From a bacterium (GTDB lineage: Bacteria > UBA8248), in the NCBI GenBank assembly GCA_965219955.1, contig OZ244799.1, positions 2,112,001 to 2,176,000 on the forward strand: a stretch of 64,000 nt of DNA, given 5' to 3'. Below the pieces are notes generated by a model, which was not told where the DNA came from, searched no databases, and saw only the letters and a program-made list of their open reading frames with translations. Numbering within the stretch: position 1 is the first letter of the stretch; every line of letters starts with the position of its first letter. The translations under genes were made by a program, and so were the position numbers. Below, piece after piece: positions 10,109 through 20,374 of this stretch.

Positions 10109-11244
10109 TGAAACCCACGTACGATGAGGAAAAACTCGCCCGCCTGATGGGAGAGGCGGGCGTCGACCTCATACTCGCGCACACGCCCCACAACATCCGC
10201 TACCTGACGGGCGGCTACTACTTCCATTTCCGCGAACGAGTACCGGCCATCGGGCCGAGCCAGTACCTCCCCTTCGTGGGGATTCCCCGCGATAACTCCG
10301 AAAAAGCCTTCCAGGTGGCCTGGCGCGTCGAGGCGTCGCCCCGAAACGAGGTGGACACCTGGATACCCGAGGTCATCTACACCAGGGCGCGGGGAACCGT
10401 AGGCGCCGCGGAAACGGCCGCCGAGGCGATCAGGAAACGCGGTCTCGCCGAGGGAACCATCGCCGTCGAACACGCCTTCATGCCGGTGGACGCGATGGAA
10501 GCGCTCCAAGGAGAACTCCATGGTGCTCGGTTCGTCGAGTCCCTCGGGGTTCTTGAGGAACTACGCGCCGTGAAGAGAGAGGATGAGCTTGCGATATTCC
10601 GGCGCGCCGCGAACGCGGATTCAGAAGCCATACAGGCGGGTTTTCAGGAGGGAGCGCGCGACGTAACGACCCGGCGGGTGGAGCAAAAAGTGGAGGAGGA
10701 AATGGTGCGGCGCGGCCTTCATTTCCACTACGCCTTCACGGCGGCGGGACCCGGCATGAGACGCGAGCCGTCCGATAAAATCTGGGAGAAAGGGGAAATC
10801 CTCCACATCGACGCGGGAGGCTCCGAGGCGGGCTACATGTCCGACATCTGCAGGATGGGGGTGCGGGGCGAACCCTCCGCTCTGGCCGAAGAGTTGCACA
10901 AGGCGTGCCTCCACGCGGTAGACGTTTGCCGAGGCGTCATCCGCGCCGGTGCGAGTTGCGCTTCGGTGCACGAGCGGGGACACCGGGCGTTCGCGGACAC
11001 CGGCTTCGCCGACATGGGGATTTTCGAGGTGCACGGCATCGGCATGGTGCAGCAGGAGTTGCCGCGCTTCGGCCCCGGGGTGGAGCGTAAGCTCGAGGCG
11101 GGCATGGTGGTATCCGTCGAATGCGACATCCGCCACGCGGAGGTCGGCCACGTGAAGATTGAAGACGCCGTCGCCGTCACCGAAGACGGCTGCGAGGGCC
11201 TGGGGGATCTGGGCAGGGATACCTGGGCCTGCATCGACTCATAA
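10108..11244 (+). CDS. M24 family metallohydrolase (tandem paralog)
   Basis: Same motif set (IDAGG, MSDICR, HGIG, SVE, IED); TGATG coupling to the previous gene; clearly homologous to it along its length. Confidence 0.9.
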   Translation: MKPTYDEEKLARLMGEAGVDLILAHTPHNIRYLTGGYYFHFRERVPAIGPSQYLPFVGIPRDNSEKAFQVAWRVEASPRNEVDTWIPEVIYTRARGTVGAAETAAEAIRKRGLAEGTIAVEHAFMPVDAMEALQGELHGARFVESLGVLEELRAVKREDELAIFRRAANADSEAIQAGFQEGARDVTTRRVEQKVEEEMVRRGLHFHYAFTAAGPGMRREPSDKIWEKGEILHIDAGGSEAGYMSDICRMGVRGEPSALAEELHKACLHAVDVCRGVIRAGASCASVHERGHRAFADTGFADMGIFEVHGIGMVQQELPRFGPGVERKLEAGMVVSVECDIRHAEVGHVKIEDAVAVTEDGCEGLGDLGRDTWACIDS

Positions 11245-11277
11245 GAATGGATTCATAACAGCGGAGGAGATTTTTTC

Positions 11278-11862
11278 ATGCCGAGACCATCGGGGGGCTT
11301 CACGCGGCTTCAACACGCCGCCGTCAAGGTGCACGACATCGAGGCGGCGAAGGATTTTTACGTGAACACGCTGGGCTTCACCATTTCCGAGATATTCGAG
11401 CCGGGCACGGTGGGCGATTTCCCCTTCGGGCTTTGCTTCATGCGGTGCACGGAGCTTCACCACGACATGAACCTCATCTTCTGGCCCGAGGGCGAAGGCC
11501 CCGCCCCGCCCGAGGAGCGCTCCTTCTTCTCCTTGCAGACGGGCCTGCACCACATCGCGTTCGAGGTGGAAGACCGCACGCAACTCGCGGAATGGGCGTC
11601 TTATCTGGAAGAGAAAGACATCGAAATTTTCTGGGGGCCCTCCATCCACAGCCCCACGCACCCCGAAGGGGACGGCTTCTGGGGCGAGAACCACGCGCTC
11701 TATATCGCGGACCCGTCGGGCAACTGCATCGAGATATTTTGCGACATGGCTGTGATGGACCCCTACACGAACCGGGTGAACGAGGACTGGTTCCGGGACC
11801 GCCTCTCCCGGGACGGCCACCCGCGCGACGCGGCGGCGCCGCCGGAAGCCTGGAAGGCGTGA
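11278..11862 (+). CDS. VOC family (glyoxalase/extradiol dioxygenase-like) protein
   Basis: LQHAAVKV..D...A..FY...LG, HHD, GLHHIAFEV, YIADPSGNCIE. Confidence 0.85.
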   Translation: MPRPSGGFTRLQHAAVKVHDIEAAKDFYVNTLGFTISEIFEPGTVGDFPFGLCFMRCTELHHDMNLIFWPEGEGPAPPEERSFFSLQTGLHHIAFEVEDRTQLAEWASYLEEKDIEIFWGPSIHSPTHPEGDGFWGENHALYIADPSGNCIEIFCDMAVMDPYTNRVNEDWFRDRLSRDGHPRDAAAPPEAWKA

Positions 11863-11978
11863 GCAGCCGCCGAAGGTCAAACGCGACCGGGAAAGGAGCG
11901 TTCGTATCGAAGGGCGCTCATGGGTACGCGAACCGTCCCTGCGAACTCATTCTTCCATTCGTCAAGGGACGCATATAT

Positions 11979-12325
11979 CGGGTTGTTGAAAAAGCCCCCT
12001 GACAAGAGGGGTCGTGGGGTTCTGACGAGGGGGCGGCAATATCTCCTCCTCACCCTGAGTAGCGGCGAAGCCGCGTATCGAAGGGCAAACGCGATTGATG
12101 AATGAGCGTTTGCTCTCGCCACGGCGTGAGTTCCTCGCCCCTCGATACAAACGCTCCTTTCTCAGTCGCGTTTTACCTTCGGAGCCTACTCGGGATGAGG
12201 TATTTTGGCGTCCCTCGCCCTTCCCCGGCTCGAACCAAACCGCATACCCCCCGACGAAGGGATGCCCCCCCGACAAGGGGGGTTGGGGGTTCCCACCCCG
12301 ACGAGGGGACTTTCCAACAAGCCCT
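11979..12325. mobile_element. TIR-bounded composite repeat cluster 3
   Basis: GGTTGTTGAAAAAG ... CTTTCCAACAAGCCC; TATCG on both flanks (11976-11980, 12326-12330); cargo includes CTCACCCTGAGTAGCGGCGAAGCCGCGTATCGAAGGG and CCCC-GACAA-GGGG units. Confidence 0.75.
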
Positions 12326-12350
12326 TATCGGTTGCGCCTGACCCGGCAAT

Positions 12351-12582
12351 TGCCCGCATTTGCCGTCATGGGACTCGTGGAGAACTCATGTAGAATGGCC
12401 AAGCGGCCAGGCGCGTTCGCCGAATCCGAATTTCCATAAAATTCGATAAAATTGGATAAATTCACGATGTTTTTCGATAAATAAACGGTAAATTGTTTTA
12501 TCGGGAAATGGCGCAGCCGGGTCGCGGCGCACGGGAATACTGCCACGGTCCGCGAGCGGTTCGATGACGGCAAATGCGGGCA
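12351..12582. repeat. 19-bp perfect inverted repeat enclosing a phased GATAAA core
   Basis: TGCCCGCATTTGCCGTCAT (12351-12369) and its exact reverse complement (12564-12582). Core 12440-12488 matches the reverse complement of 26927-26975 at 41/49 nt. Confidence 0.8.
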
Positions 12583-12786
12583 GATGCGCGCGCGAAAACC
12601 GGTCCTGACGGCCGGATTCCGCCGCGACCCGCGCTGCGCTCGATGACGGCGAATGCGCGGACCAGCGGAGATGAAATTCCCTCGGGCGCGCTTTGCATGG
12701 ACGCGAGGGCCTGATGGAACGAGGGTTTTCCCGGGAGGATCGGATATCGCGCGTTGCTTTAATAACAGGGTATAAGTAATTGATAT

Positions 12787-13683
12787 TTAATTCATTTTTC
12801 TCACGCGAGGCGCATTGATGGAGCTCAGCAGGGCGTGCACCGCGGCGTTAAGCGGCGTGGGGATTCCGCGCCTGCCGCCGATGCGAACGACCGCCCCCGT
12901 CATGACGTCCGCCTCGATGGGGCGTCCGGCGCGCCTGTCGACGAGCATGGAAGTCGTTGCCTCGGGGTCGGCATCCCGCAAGCGCTCGATGGTGCGCTCG
13001 GCGACGTCATCCGCCAATTCCGCGCCCTCCGCTCTCCCCACGGCGGCGCATTCGCGCACGAGCCCGCGGCAGAGTTCGGCGACGTCGGGCTCGTGCAGCA
13101 CCCCCCTGCCCTTGTCGGTCAGCGCGGTGGCGGGGCCCGCGCCGATGTTGTTGCACAACTTCGCCCAAGAGGCTGTTTTGAAATCGGTTGTCGGCTTCAC
13201 CGGAACATCCGTGCCCTCATAAAGGGACGCAAGGAACCGCGCACCCCGGCCTTCTTCGGGCACGAGCTGGGCGCCCCCCTGCTGCGCCACGTGACCGGGA
13301 GCCAGCCTGTCCGCCGGACAATTCACCACGACGGGAACGACCTCCGCCCCCCGGGCGTACGGCTCCACCCGCTCCCTGTGCTCCACGCCGTTCTGCAACA
13401 CGGCGACGATGGTATCCTCACCAACGAGAGCCTCCAGCCAAGATGCGACATCGGGCACCTGATGCCCCTTCACCGCCAGGAGAACGCAGTCCACGGGCCC
13501 TGCCTCGGAGGGGGAGGCGGCGCACTTCACCGGTGATTCGATGACGGCGTCGGGCGTTTCCACCACGAGTCTGTCGATGGGCTTTCGCACGCACAGCGTC
13601 ACGTCGTGCCTGCCCGATCGGCATAACCGCACCCCGAACACGCCCCCGATGGCGCCAGCCCCCAACACAGCTACATTGCTCAT
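12787..13683 (-). CDS. Ketopantoate reductase (ApbA/PanE) family oxidoreductase
   Basis: VLGAGAIG, LAVK, LQNG, WAKL..N, TSMLVD...GRPIEAD motifs. Confidence 0.9.
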   Translation of the reverse strand: MSNVAVLGAGAIGGVFGVRLCRSGRHDVTLCVRKPIDRLVVETPDAVIESPVKCAASPSEAGPVDCVLLAVKGHQVPDVASWLEALVGEDTIVAVLQNGVEHRERVEPYARGAEVVPVVVNCPADRLAPGHVAQQGGAQLVPEEGRGARFLASLYEGTDVPVKPTTDFKTASWAKLCNNIGAGPATALTDKGRGVLHEPDVAELCRGLVRECAAVGRAEGAELADDVAERTIERLRDADPEATTSMLVDRRAGRPIEADVMTGAVVRIGGRRGIPTPLNAAVHALLSSINAPRVRKMN

Positions 13684-13702
13684 CAACCACGCTCCCGGAA
13701 AT

Positions 13703-14644
13703 TCATGCCGGAATCCGGCGGCCCCTCCATGACGCCACGGATTCCAGGACGCAAACGACACCGGCCAGAGAATCCCAGCCCGAGCTATGTCCTATCTTGT
13801 CCAACTCACGCAAAGCGGAACGCAAGCGCGCCTCATCCGCTATCCCCAGCGCCGAAATCGTCTCATGCAGGGCTTCAGTTCCCTGGCCTCCGGCCGCGCA
13901 CTCCATATGCGCGCGACTGATTTTATTCGTCCGCTCTTCAGCCCGTTTCAAGACATCACCGGACACTTTTTCCAAAATGCCCATAAAACCCTGCGCGCGC
14001 AACGCTATCATCACACCGCACCAAAAATCATCTCCCGACGGCGTGAGCCCCGGGCCGAGGCCAACGAGCCTGCGGGCAATGGCAGGAAATTCGAGGTTTT
14101 CCCCTTGATCCAGAGAGTGCGACAACCAAAGCCGGAAGTCCGAGATTCCCTTCCAGGAGACTGTTTGAAACGCGTCCTCATTCGAGATTTCCTCGCCGCC
14201 CACAACCTGCGCGATGAGCGGGGCCAGACCCTCCCGGGGCCCCGTTTCGGCTATCCACTGAACGAGAACCGGGAGATTTTCCAGAAAAAACTCCAAATCC
14301 CAGCCGTCAGGCAGCGGCTCCGGTTCCCACGCCACCGGGCGGGATATATCGATTTTCATCCGGGGGCCAAGTTGCATCCAGCCATCCCGGATTTTGGCGG
14401 GGCTTCCCGGTTCTACGATTTGCGTGAAATCCACGTCGTCCGAGAATTCACAAAGCGCATTCAAGGGTCCCGGCCCGATACCCTTATCGCCTATGCACGC
14501 GACCCGCCCGAATGTATTTTCCACATACAAACTTCTACGAAACACACCGATGATTGTCGCCTCACCCGGTGAGGTGAAGAATTTTTTAGCGAACGCGCCT
14601 GCAAGAACCACTCGGAGTGTATTTGGCATAAAAAAGACCTGCAT
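13703..14644 (-). CDS. DUF2877 (YahE/YlbF-like) protein
   Basis: GLGPGLTPSGDD and IGHSSGWD motifs. Confidence 0.85.
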   Translation of the reverse strand: MQVFFMPNTLRVVLAGAFAKKFFTSPGEATIIGVFRRSLYVENTFGRVACIGDKGIGPGPLNALCEFSDDVDFTQIVEPGSPAKIRDGWMQLGPRMKIDISRPVAWEPEPLPDGWDLEFFLENLPVLVQWIAETGPREGLAPLIAQVVGGEEISNEDAFQTVSWKGISDFRLWLSHSLDQGENLEFPAIARRLVGLGPGLTPSGDDFWCGVMIALRAQGFMGILEKVSGDVLKRAEERTNKISRAHMECAAGGQGTEALHETISALGIADEARLRSALRELDKIGHSSGWDSLAGVVCVLESVASWRGRRIPA

Positions 14645-14672
14645 TATGAAGCGATTGTTTCAGCCTGGAAAG

Positions 14673-14706
14673 AAAATCCCCCCACCCACACAAGGGTGAG
14701 GGGTTT
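14673..14706 (-). terminator. Probable terminator hairpin
   Basis: AAATCCCCCCACCC-acacaa-GGGTGAGGGGTTT with A-run on the + side, just after the stop of the 113-aa gene. Confidence 0.55.
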
Positions 14707-14723
14707 GTTCGCATATGCAATTT

Positions 14724-15065
14724 TCATCCACACCCAGGACCCCTGGTCTCACTCGCCGCAACCCCGGATGGCACAAGCGTACCTGCAAAGTTCGGGTCCG
14801 CCTGTTGTTTTTCAACCAGTTCGCCTAATTGCGACAGCAGCATCTCGCGTTTCATCAATCCCAAACGGTATATGCCCATCGGATTTATAAGCTTCATATA
14901 GTAATGGTTTCCAGCGTCATATTCCGTAGAGCACGCAGAAGGTTTTTGGGCGATGGAAAGAGGCCCCCCAAATACATCTGCAAATCGGGACAGGATTTCC
15001 TCATGATGTAAATCCGCCGGTATTTCGGGAAATCTGACCAAGAGTTCCTGGATAGTCATCGTCAC
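14724..15065 (-). CDS. Hypothetical protein (113 aa)
   Basis: AGGAG RBS, natural composition, same strand as neighbours; ends GPGCG. Confidence 0.7.
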   Translation of the reverse strand: MTMTIQELLVRFPEIPADLHHEEILSRFADVFGGPLSIAQKPSACSTEYDAGNHYYMKLINPMGIYRLGLMKREMLLSQLGELVEKQQADPNFAGTLVPSGVAASETRGPGCG

Positions 15066-15192
15066 AACTCCTTTATCAGTTGATCATTCAAACGCAACAA
15101 CCCACTCATTTTAGCAGATATCGAACAGCCCGGCTCCCTGCATTCTGATGCTGCGACACTAAAACGAGCAAATCTCAAGAACAGCACAAGGA

Positions 15193-17166
15193 TTACATTT
15201 CCCGGATAAAGCGCGCAGCATAACTTCTTACATCTTTCCCGTTCAGAACATGGAATCGACGTATGCGGGCGATCGTTTCCCCAGAAAATCGACCAATAGG
15301 TATGTGAATCAGATGCTTCTTATACAACCGCGCAATCTGCCGCCAGCGTGTATTTGGAGGGTGCGGACTCACCAGGGCGATGAATCGCTCTTTCGAATGA
15401 AAACATGCCCCTGCAATCAATCGCTCCTCCAGTGTCTGTGTGTAGTGAAAGTGCGAATCCCGCCAGACATCCTCGATGTACCTGGGAGGAAAAACAAAAA
15501 ATGCCCCGCCATACTGAGATTCCGCGACCCCCGGCCCCACCAGGTTGTTCTCAAACGGAGTCGCATACATGCAAAGAGTTGATTCTTCATCATGTTCCGC
15601 ATACCACATCGTTCGCCAGGAGTACTTTCCGGCATCGGCGGGCGTGTCGAACAAAAAAACGACGACCTCCAGGTTCCCTCGCGCAGGGGGAATTTCTTTT
15701 ACATAAAGGTCGCCCGTATGCCAGTTGCGAAGCGTTTCCCTGATGTCCAGCCCATCTTTTATCGACGTCGTGAATTTCTCGGTACGCGCCAAATCCTCTC
15801 CCAACAACGCCTTGGCTTGCTCGCGCACATGGGTATGAAAACTCTCTATCGCATCATCTTCCGGCGGCCAGGAACACATGCCGAAAGGATTCCACCTCTG
15901 GGCCCAATTCTTACTTTCAAACGGGGTGGGCTTGGGCTTGAGGGAAATACTCCTCCAGGTGACGGCTGAACCGCCCAACCGAGACTTCATCGTTCCGACA
16001 TCTCCACCGGGGAATGCCGCACGGCCCACACCCATATGGACAAGAGCATCTTCATTCGATGAAGTTTTTTCTGGCTGATACGGATATTTCCTTGCAGTCT
16101 CAAGCAAAGAGAGGGCAAAAGCATCTCCTGCGGTTTGCTTTGCCGCCAGGGCGAGGGTGAACAAATCCGGCGTCAATCTCCTTCCCTGAAGCGTCAGGTT
16201 CCGGACATATTGCAAGAAAATCTGGAGTCTTTGAGGCGTTACCCAGTTTTGCACGGGCCGATGTTCCTGGAGCCATGCCGTTCTCGCCTCCACGAGGAGT
16301 TCCTTGACGCCGTCGATAGAAAGATTGGAGTCCCCCAGGAATTCTTCACGTTTTTTTTCGTATAAATACGTCAGATAGGGAAACTCCCCCAAGAGGAAAG
16401 CCAGAGTATCCTCCGATACTCCATACTTTCGGGGCGGGTTAAGAGACGCGCCTTCATGCGACTCGAATAATTCCTTATCACCGGACGGCCCTTCTCGGCA
16501 CGCCGAGCGAACCCAGGGCCAATCCATCGCGGAACATACGAAAACGATGCGCTTATACCTGGCCTCGAGTTCCAGTAAGGCGTCGGCCATCCAGCGGATT
16601 CTCGCAGCACGCTGTGTCGAGGGAGAAGGCTTTGGAGCTACCGTCAAAAGAGTGGCTGCAAAAGCCTCCATCGGTACTTTTTTCAGCGCGTACGGATCCG
16701 GCAGCGCATGAACATCCTGATGGAAACGCTCCACTTCCATATCCACAAAAACCCTGGGAATACGCTCTCCCATCGCGACTCTCAAAGCGGAAATCACGGG
16801 TTGGCAAGGGTCGATGGGCACATAATTACAAGAAGACAAATTGGATTCATCCGCCAACGAATCTTCTTGAGCTCCAAAATCATCTTCCGCCTCGGGGTAA
16901 GCATCCCATGGCTCATCAAACCCTGCTTCATCACTTCCGGGATATGATGGCGTATCCTCATTCATCGATACGATGGAGACATATGGGAGGTCATCCACGC
17001 CTGCTTCTACTTCGTGCTGAAATGACGGAGGCAGGGGAATCGCAATACAATCGGGCTCAAGTCGCAAAATCCTGTCGCGCACTTCGACGGCAAAGTCCCC
17101 CGATCCGTGGATGACAGGAAGTACGCTGGTGCGATCGGTGATATTCAGGAAACCTCGCGCCACCAT
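15193..17166 (-). CDS. Conserved hypothetical partner of the MoxR-type ATPase (657 aa)
   Basis: Long ORF 3 bp downstream of the ATPase. N-terminal LPVIHG...P (TraB/TIKI-like look); DGLDIRETLRNW motif; no clear DxSxS MIDAS. Confidence 0.8.
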   Translation of the reverse strand: MVARGFLNITDRTSVLPVIHGSGDFAVEVRDRILRLEPDCIAIPLPPSFQHEVEAGVDDLPYVSIVSMNEDTPSYPGSDEAGFDEPWDAYPEAEDDFGAQEDSLADESNLSSCNYVPIDPCQPVISALRVAMGERIPRVFVDMEVERFHQDVHALPDPYALKKVPMEAFAATLLTVAPKPSPSTQRAARIRWMADALLELEARYKRIVFVCSAMDWPWVRSACREGPSGDKELFESHEGASLNPPRKYGVSEDTLAFLLGEFPYLTYLYEKKREEFLGDSNLSIDGVKELLVEARTAWLQEHRPVQNWVTPQRLQIFLQYVRNLTLQGRRLTPDLFTLALAAKQTAGDAFALSLLETARKYPYQPEKTSSNEDALVHMGVGRAAFPGGDVGTMKSRLGGSAVTWRSISLKPKPTPFESKNWAQRWNPFGMCSWPPEDDAIESFHTHVREQAKALLGEDLARTEKFTTSIKDGLDIRETLRNWHTGDLYVKEIPPARGNLEVVVFLFDTPADAGKYSWRTMWYAEHDEESTLCMYATPFENNLVGPGVAESQYGGAFFVFPPRYIEDVWRDSHFHYTQTLEERLIAGACFHSKERFIALVSPHPPNTRWRQIARLYKKHLIHIPIGRFSGETIARIRRFHVLNGKDVRSYAARFIREM

Positions 17167-17169
17167 GAA

Positions 17170-18144
17170 TCAATCGTCTCGGCCGGGGTGCAAGGGGCTA
17201 TCGCCTCCAAAGAAAATATCGCCGAAATCAAGTGGAGGAGGCTCATCGCCGAGAGCCTGTCGTCTTCTGTGCGCAAGACTTTTCAAGTCCAAGGCATCAT
17301 CTCCCAACACCTTGGTGAGCGACTCTCTCCATGCTTCGTCTTGAGAGAGTGGGTGCTCCGGGTCCTGCGCGAGACGTTTCAGGGCGAATTGAAGGATGTG
17401 GATTCCATCCCGAGGGGAATATTCAAGGTCCAGAGCATGGGCTTCCTGCAAAAACTGCACCGTCAAGGCCAACATCTCATTGGGGGCAAACGGCAAGTGA
17501 TATTTCAGAATGGCCAGTTCATCTTTCTTGTTCGGGAATTCAAGCGCGAGGGTCGGCTGGAGTCTCGACAGGATGTAATCGGGCACCTCGTATGTCGAGG
17601 CATCTTCATTCATCGTCACACAACAGCGAAAATCCGGGTGCGCCTTTACCGTAATCCCCGCAACGATAGACTCCACATAACGGCGGTGATCGAGCAACGG
17701 AGCCAGCGAGGCCCAACTCTTCTCGCTCATCCGGTTGCCCTCATCGAGCACACAGACGCCTCCCCGTATCATGGCCGTAACGAGAGGGGATGCGTGATAG
17801 GCGATTTTCCCTGATTCCGCCAAAACGGGCGTGATCAAGAGATCTTCCGGGCGGGTATCGGAGGTGCACTGATAAATAAACAGTTCCTGGCCTCGTTCCC
17901 GCGCCGCCGCCATCGCCAGCGTGGTTTTCCCGATCCCCGGGGAACCAACAATTCTCGGAGAAAGAGAAAAGTCTTCTTCCGCAACCACCATCCAGCAGGC
18001 CTGAAGCTGGCGAAGCACTTCTATCTGGCCGATCCACTCCTGGTCGGAAACGGTGTGCCTGCCCAGATGCAGGGATACGCCTTCGATTTCCACTACTCTC
18101 ACTTCTGACTCTTCATTGCCTGATGTTTTATCGTGCAAAATCAA
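17170..18144 (-). CDS. MoxR/CbbQ-like AAA+ ATPase
   Basis: GSPGIGKTT Walker A, VLDEGNR Walker B, TMN sensor, YSPRD. Confidence 0.9.
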   Translation of the reverse strand: MILHDKTSGNEESEVRVVEIEGVSLHLGRHTVSDQEWIGQIEVLRQLQACWMVVAEEDFSLSPRIVGSPGIGKTTLAMAAARERGQELFIYQCTSDTRPEDLLITPVLAESGKIAYHASPLVTAMIRGGVCVLDEGNRMSEKSWASLAPLLDHRRYVESIVAGITVKAHPDFRCCVTMNEDASTYEVPDYILSRLQPTLALEFPNKKDELAILKYHLPFAPNEMLALTVQFLQEAHALDLEYSPRDGIHILQFALKRLAQDPEHPLSQDEAWRESLTKVLGDDALDLKSLAHRRRQALGDEPPPLDFGDIFFGGDSPLHPGRDD

Positions 18145-18208
18145 CTCCTCATTTCAAAATTCGCATCAAACGGTCTTGGCATCCCACCCTTGCATCCGGG
18201 GCATGCTA

Positions 18209-18955
18209 CTAATCCGTAAAATATCCCCCGTTTACATCCAGGGCTTCTCCGGTGATATGCGCAGCTTCCTCACTTGCAAGAAACAAAGTGGGCGGCACCA
18301 ATTCCGCAGCCGTCGCGAACCTCCCCATCGGGTGTTTCTCCAGCGCTCTTTTGTACAATTCCGGCCCAAACTCTCGCATCAATGGCCCGTCAATCGGCCC
18401 GGGGACCAAACAGTTTACTGTCACTCTGGTTTTCGCCAGTTCGCGGGCAAGGTTGAACGTCATGGCCAAAATACCACCTTTTGAAGCGCCATAAGTGAGA
18501 TTATGGCCCAGTCCCCCCGATTTTCCGGCCCCCGAACCAAACAGGATGATTCGCCCCGCCGGAGAATCCTTGAGTGCGGGCATCGCGCCTTTGATGCAAA
18601 AATAAGGCGCCAGGAGATTCACGTTCAGAGCGCGCCTCCAATCAGATTCACCAAGCGAGAGCGGGTCTTTCACCAACATGTTCGCCGCCGTGTGAACGAA
18701 GATGTCACATCCACCAAGCCATGCAATCGCTTCTTTGCTCATGGCATTTAATTCATCAAAATTTTCCATATTGCAATGTATCTTCTTCAGCATCTCCTCG
18801 GAACCTTTGATGTGACGCAGTTTTTCTGAACTTCGACCCGTTGCGACAAGCTTTGCGCCTGTACCCAGAAATCCTTGAACGAGCGCTTTTCCCACATCTC
18901 CCGTGGCGCCGGTCAGGAGCACTTTTTTGCCATGAAAATCAAAACGAAGCGTCAT
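18209..18955 (-). CDS. SDR family oxidoreductase (FabG-like)
   Basis: TGATGDVG, YGASK catalytic motif, ITGEALDVNGG. Confidence 0.9.
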   Translation of the reverse strand: MTLRFDFHGKKVLLTGATGDVGKALVQGFLGTGAKLVATGRSSEKLRHIKGSEEMLKKIHCNMENFDELNAMSKEAIAWLGGCDIFVHTAANMLVKDPLSLGESDWRRALNVNLLAPYFCIKGAMPALKDSPAGRIILFGSGAGKSGGLGHNLTYGASKGGILAMTFNLARELAKTRVTVNCLVPGPIDGPLMREFGPELYKRALEKHPMGRFATAAELVPPTLFLASEEAAHITGEALDVNGGYFTD

Positions 18956-19108
18956 CCTGTTTCTCCCAAAACAAGCGCATAACTTTCAACCAGCCCCTTC
19001 CCCTGATATATATCGAATAAGATACAATATCGACTAAAGGATAGCATTTTTGATAAAGGATTATCTTTTCGTCGCTTAGCATGCGAAACGACACCGTGGA
19101 GAACACCC

Positions 19109-20374
19109 ATGAATTTGCTTGACGAACTAAAACTCCGCGGTTTGGTCCATGATCACACAGACCAGACGCAAATGATGAGCGCATTACGAAAAGACGCGAT
19201 AAGCCTTTATTGCGGTTTTGACCCCACAGCCGACAGTTTGCACGTTGGAAATTTGATTCCCATAACGGGACTCATGCGCTTTCAACGCGCAGGACACCGG
19301 CCGATTGCCCTCATGGGCGGCGGAACCGGGATGATAGGAGACCCTTCGGGAAAATCAGAAGAAAGAAACCTCCTAAGCGCAGAAATTCTAGATCACAACC
19401 TCAAGGGAATCAGGACTCAATTCGAAAGGTTCCTGGATTTTGATGCGGGCTCAAACTCTGCGCGTATGATGAACAACGCGGAATGGCTGAACGAGATCCG
19501 TCTCATCGATTTTTTCCGCGACGTAGGCAAACATTTTCCTATTGGTTATATGATGGCGAAAGAATCTGTGAAGTCACGTATCGCCGATGCAGGAATATCG
19601 TACACCGAGTTCAGCTACATGGCGCTTCAGGCCTATGATTTTCTCCACCTGTTCGAAAAAGAGAATTGCACCTTGCAGATTGGCGGTTCCGATCAGTGGG
19701 GCAACATCACAGCAGGAATCGAGCTTATTCGGCGCGTCCATGGAAAACCCGCTTTGGGCATGACTTTTCCCCTCATTACGACTTCCGACGGCAGGAAATT
19801 CGGGAAAACTGAAGAGGGAAACATCTGGCTGGACCCGAAGCGAACCACTCCATACCGATTCTCGCAATACTGGATTCAGACGGACGACAGGGATGTCGGC
19901 AGGTTTTTAAGATACTTCACCTTCTTACCCGTTGATGAGATTGACGAAATTGAGAAAGAGCATCTCAAGTCCCCGGAGAAACGAGCAGGACAACGTTTCC
20001 TCGCTAAGGAATTGACGACATTCGTACATGGTTCTGCCGCAGCGCGCAGCGCGGAGCGCGCCGCCAAAATTCTTTTTGGGGCTCGACTCGATGACATCGA
20101 GGAAAATGATTTGCTCTCGCTGGTGGAGGAAATACCGATAACCCGAAAATCGGGAGCGCCGCCGTATCCGCTGATCGATCTTCTGGTGGAAACCGGACTT
20201 TGTAAATCGAAATCCCTGGCTCGAAAAGACCTGAAGGGCGGCGGCATCTATGCAAACAATCATCCCGTCAGCGCCGAGACGAGCACGCTGTCGGACGATG
20301 ATATTTTGTTCGGTCAATACATCCTGCTTCGGAAGGGAAAAAAGAACTATCATCTGTTAGAATTTGAAAGATAA
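19109..20374 (+). CDS. tyrS: Tyrosine--tRNA ligase
   Basis: YCGFDPTADSLHVGN (HIGH), QIGGSDQWGNI, KFGKT (KMSKS), C-terminal S4 domain RKGKK. Confidence 0.97.
   Translation: MNLLDELKLRGLVHDHTDQTQMMSALRKDAISLYCGFDPTADSLHVGNLIPITGLMRFQRAGHRPIALMGGGTGMIGDPSGKSEERNLLSAEILDHNLKGIRTQFERFLDFDAGSNSARMMNNAEWLNEIRLIDFFRDVGKHFPIGYMMAKESVKSRIADAGISYTEFSYMALQAYDFLHLFEKENCTLQIGGSDQWGNITAGIELIRRVHGKPALGMTFPLITTSDGRKFGKTEEGNIWLDPKRTTPYRFSQYWIQTDDRDVGRFLRYFTFLPVDEIDEIEKEHLKSPEKRAGQRFLAKELTTFVHGSAAARSAERAAKILFGARLDDIEENDLLSLVEEIPITRKSGAPPYPLIDLLVETGLCKSKSLARKDLKGGGIYANNHPVSAETSTLSDDDILFGQYILLRKGKKNYHLLEFER

Noticed and set aside
14660-14726. Selenocysteine read-through at GPGCG-TGA followed by a hairpin
   Set aside because: The hairpin has a U-tract typical of a terminator and the read-through peptide is unconvincing; there is no homologue evidence available to me.
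18956-19108. T-box or other leader upstream of tyrS
   Set aside because: Only about 150 bp of divergent intergenic DNA, with no T-box motif or terminator.
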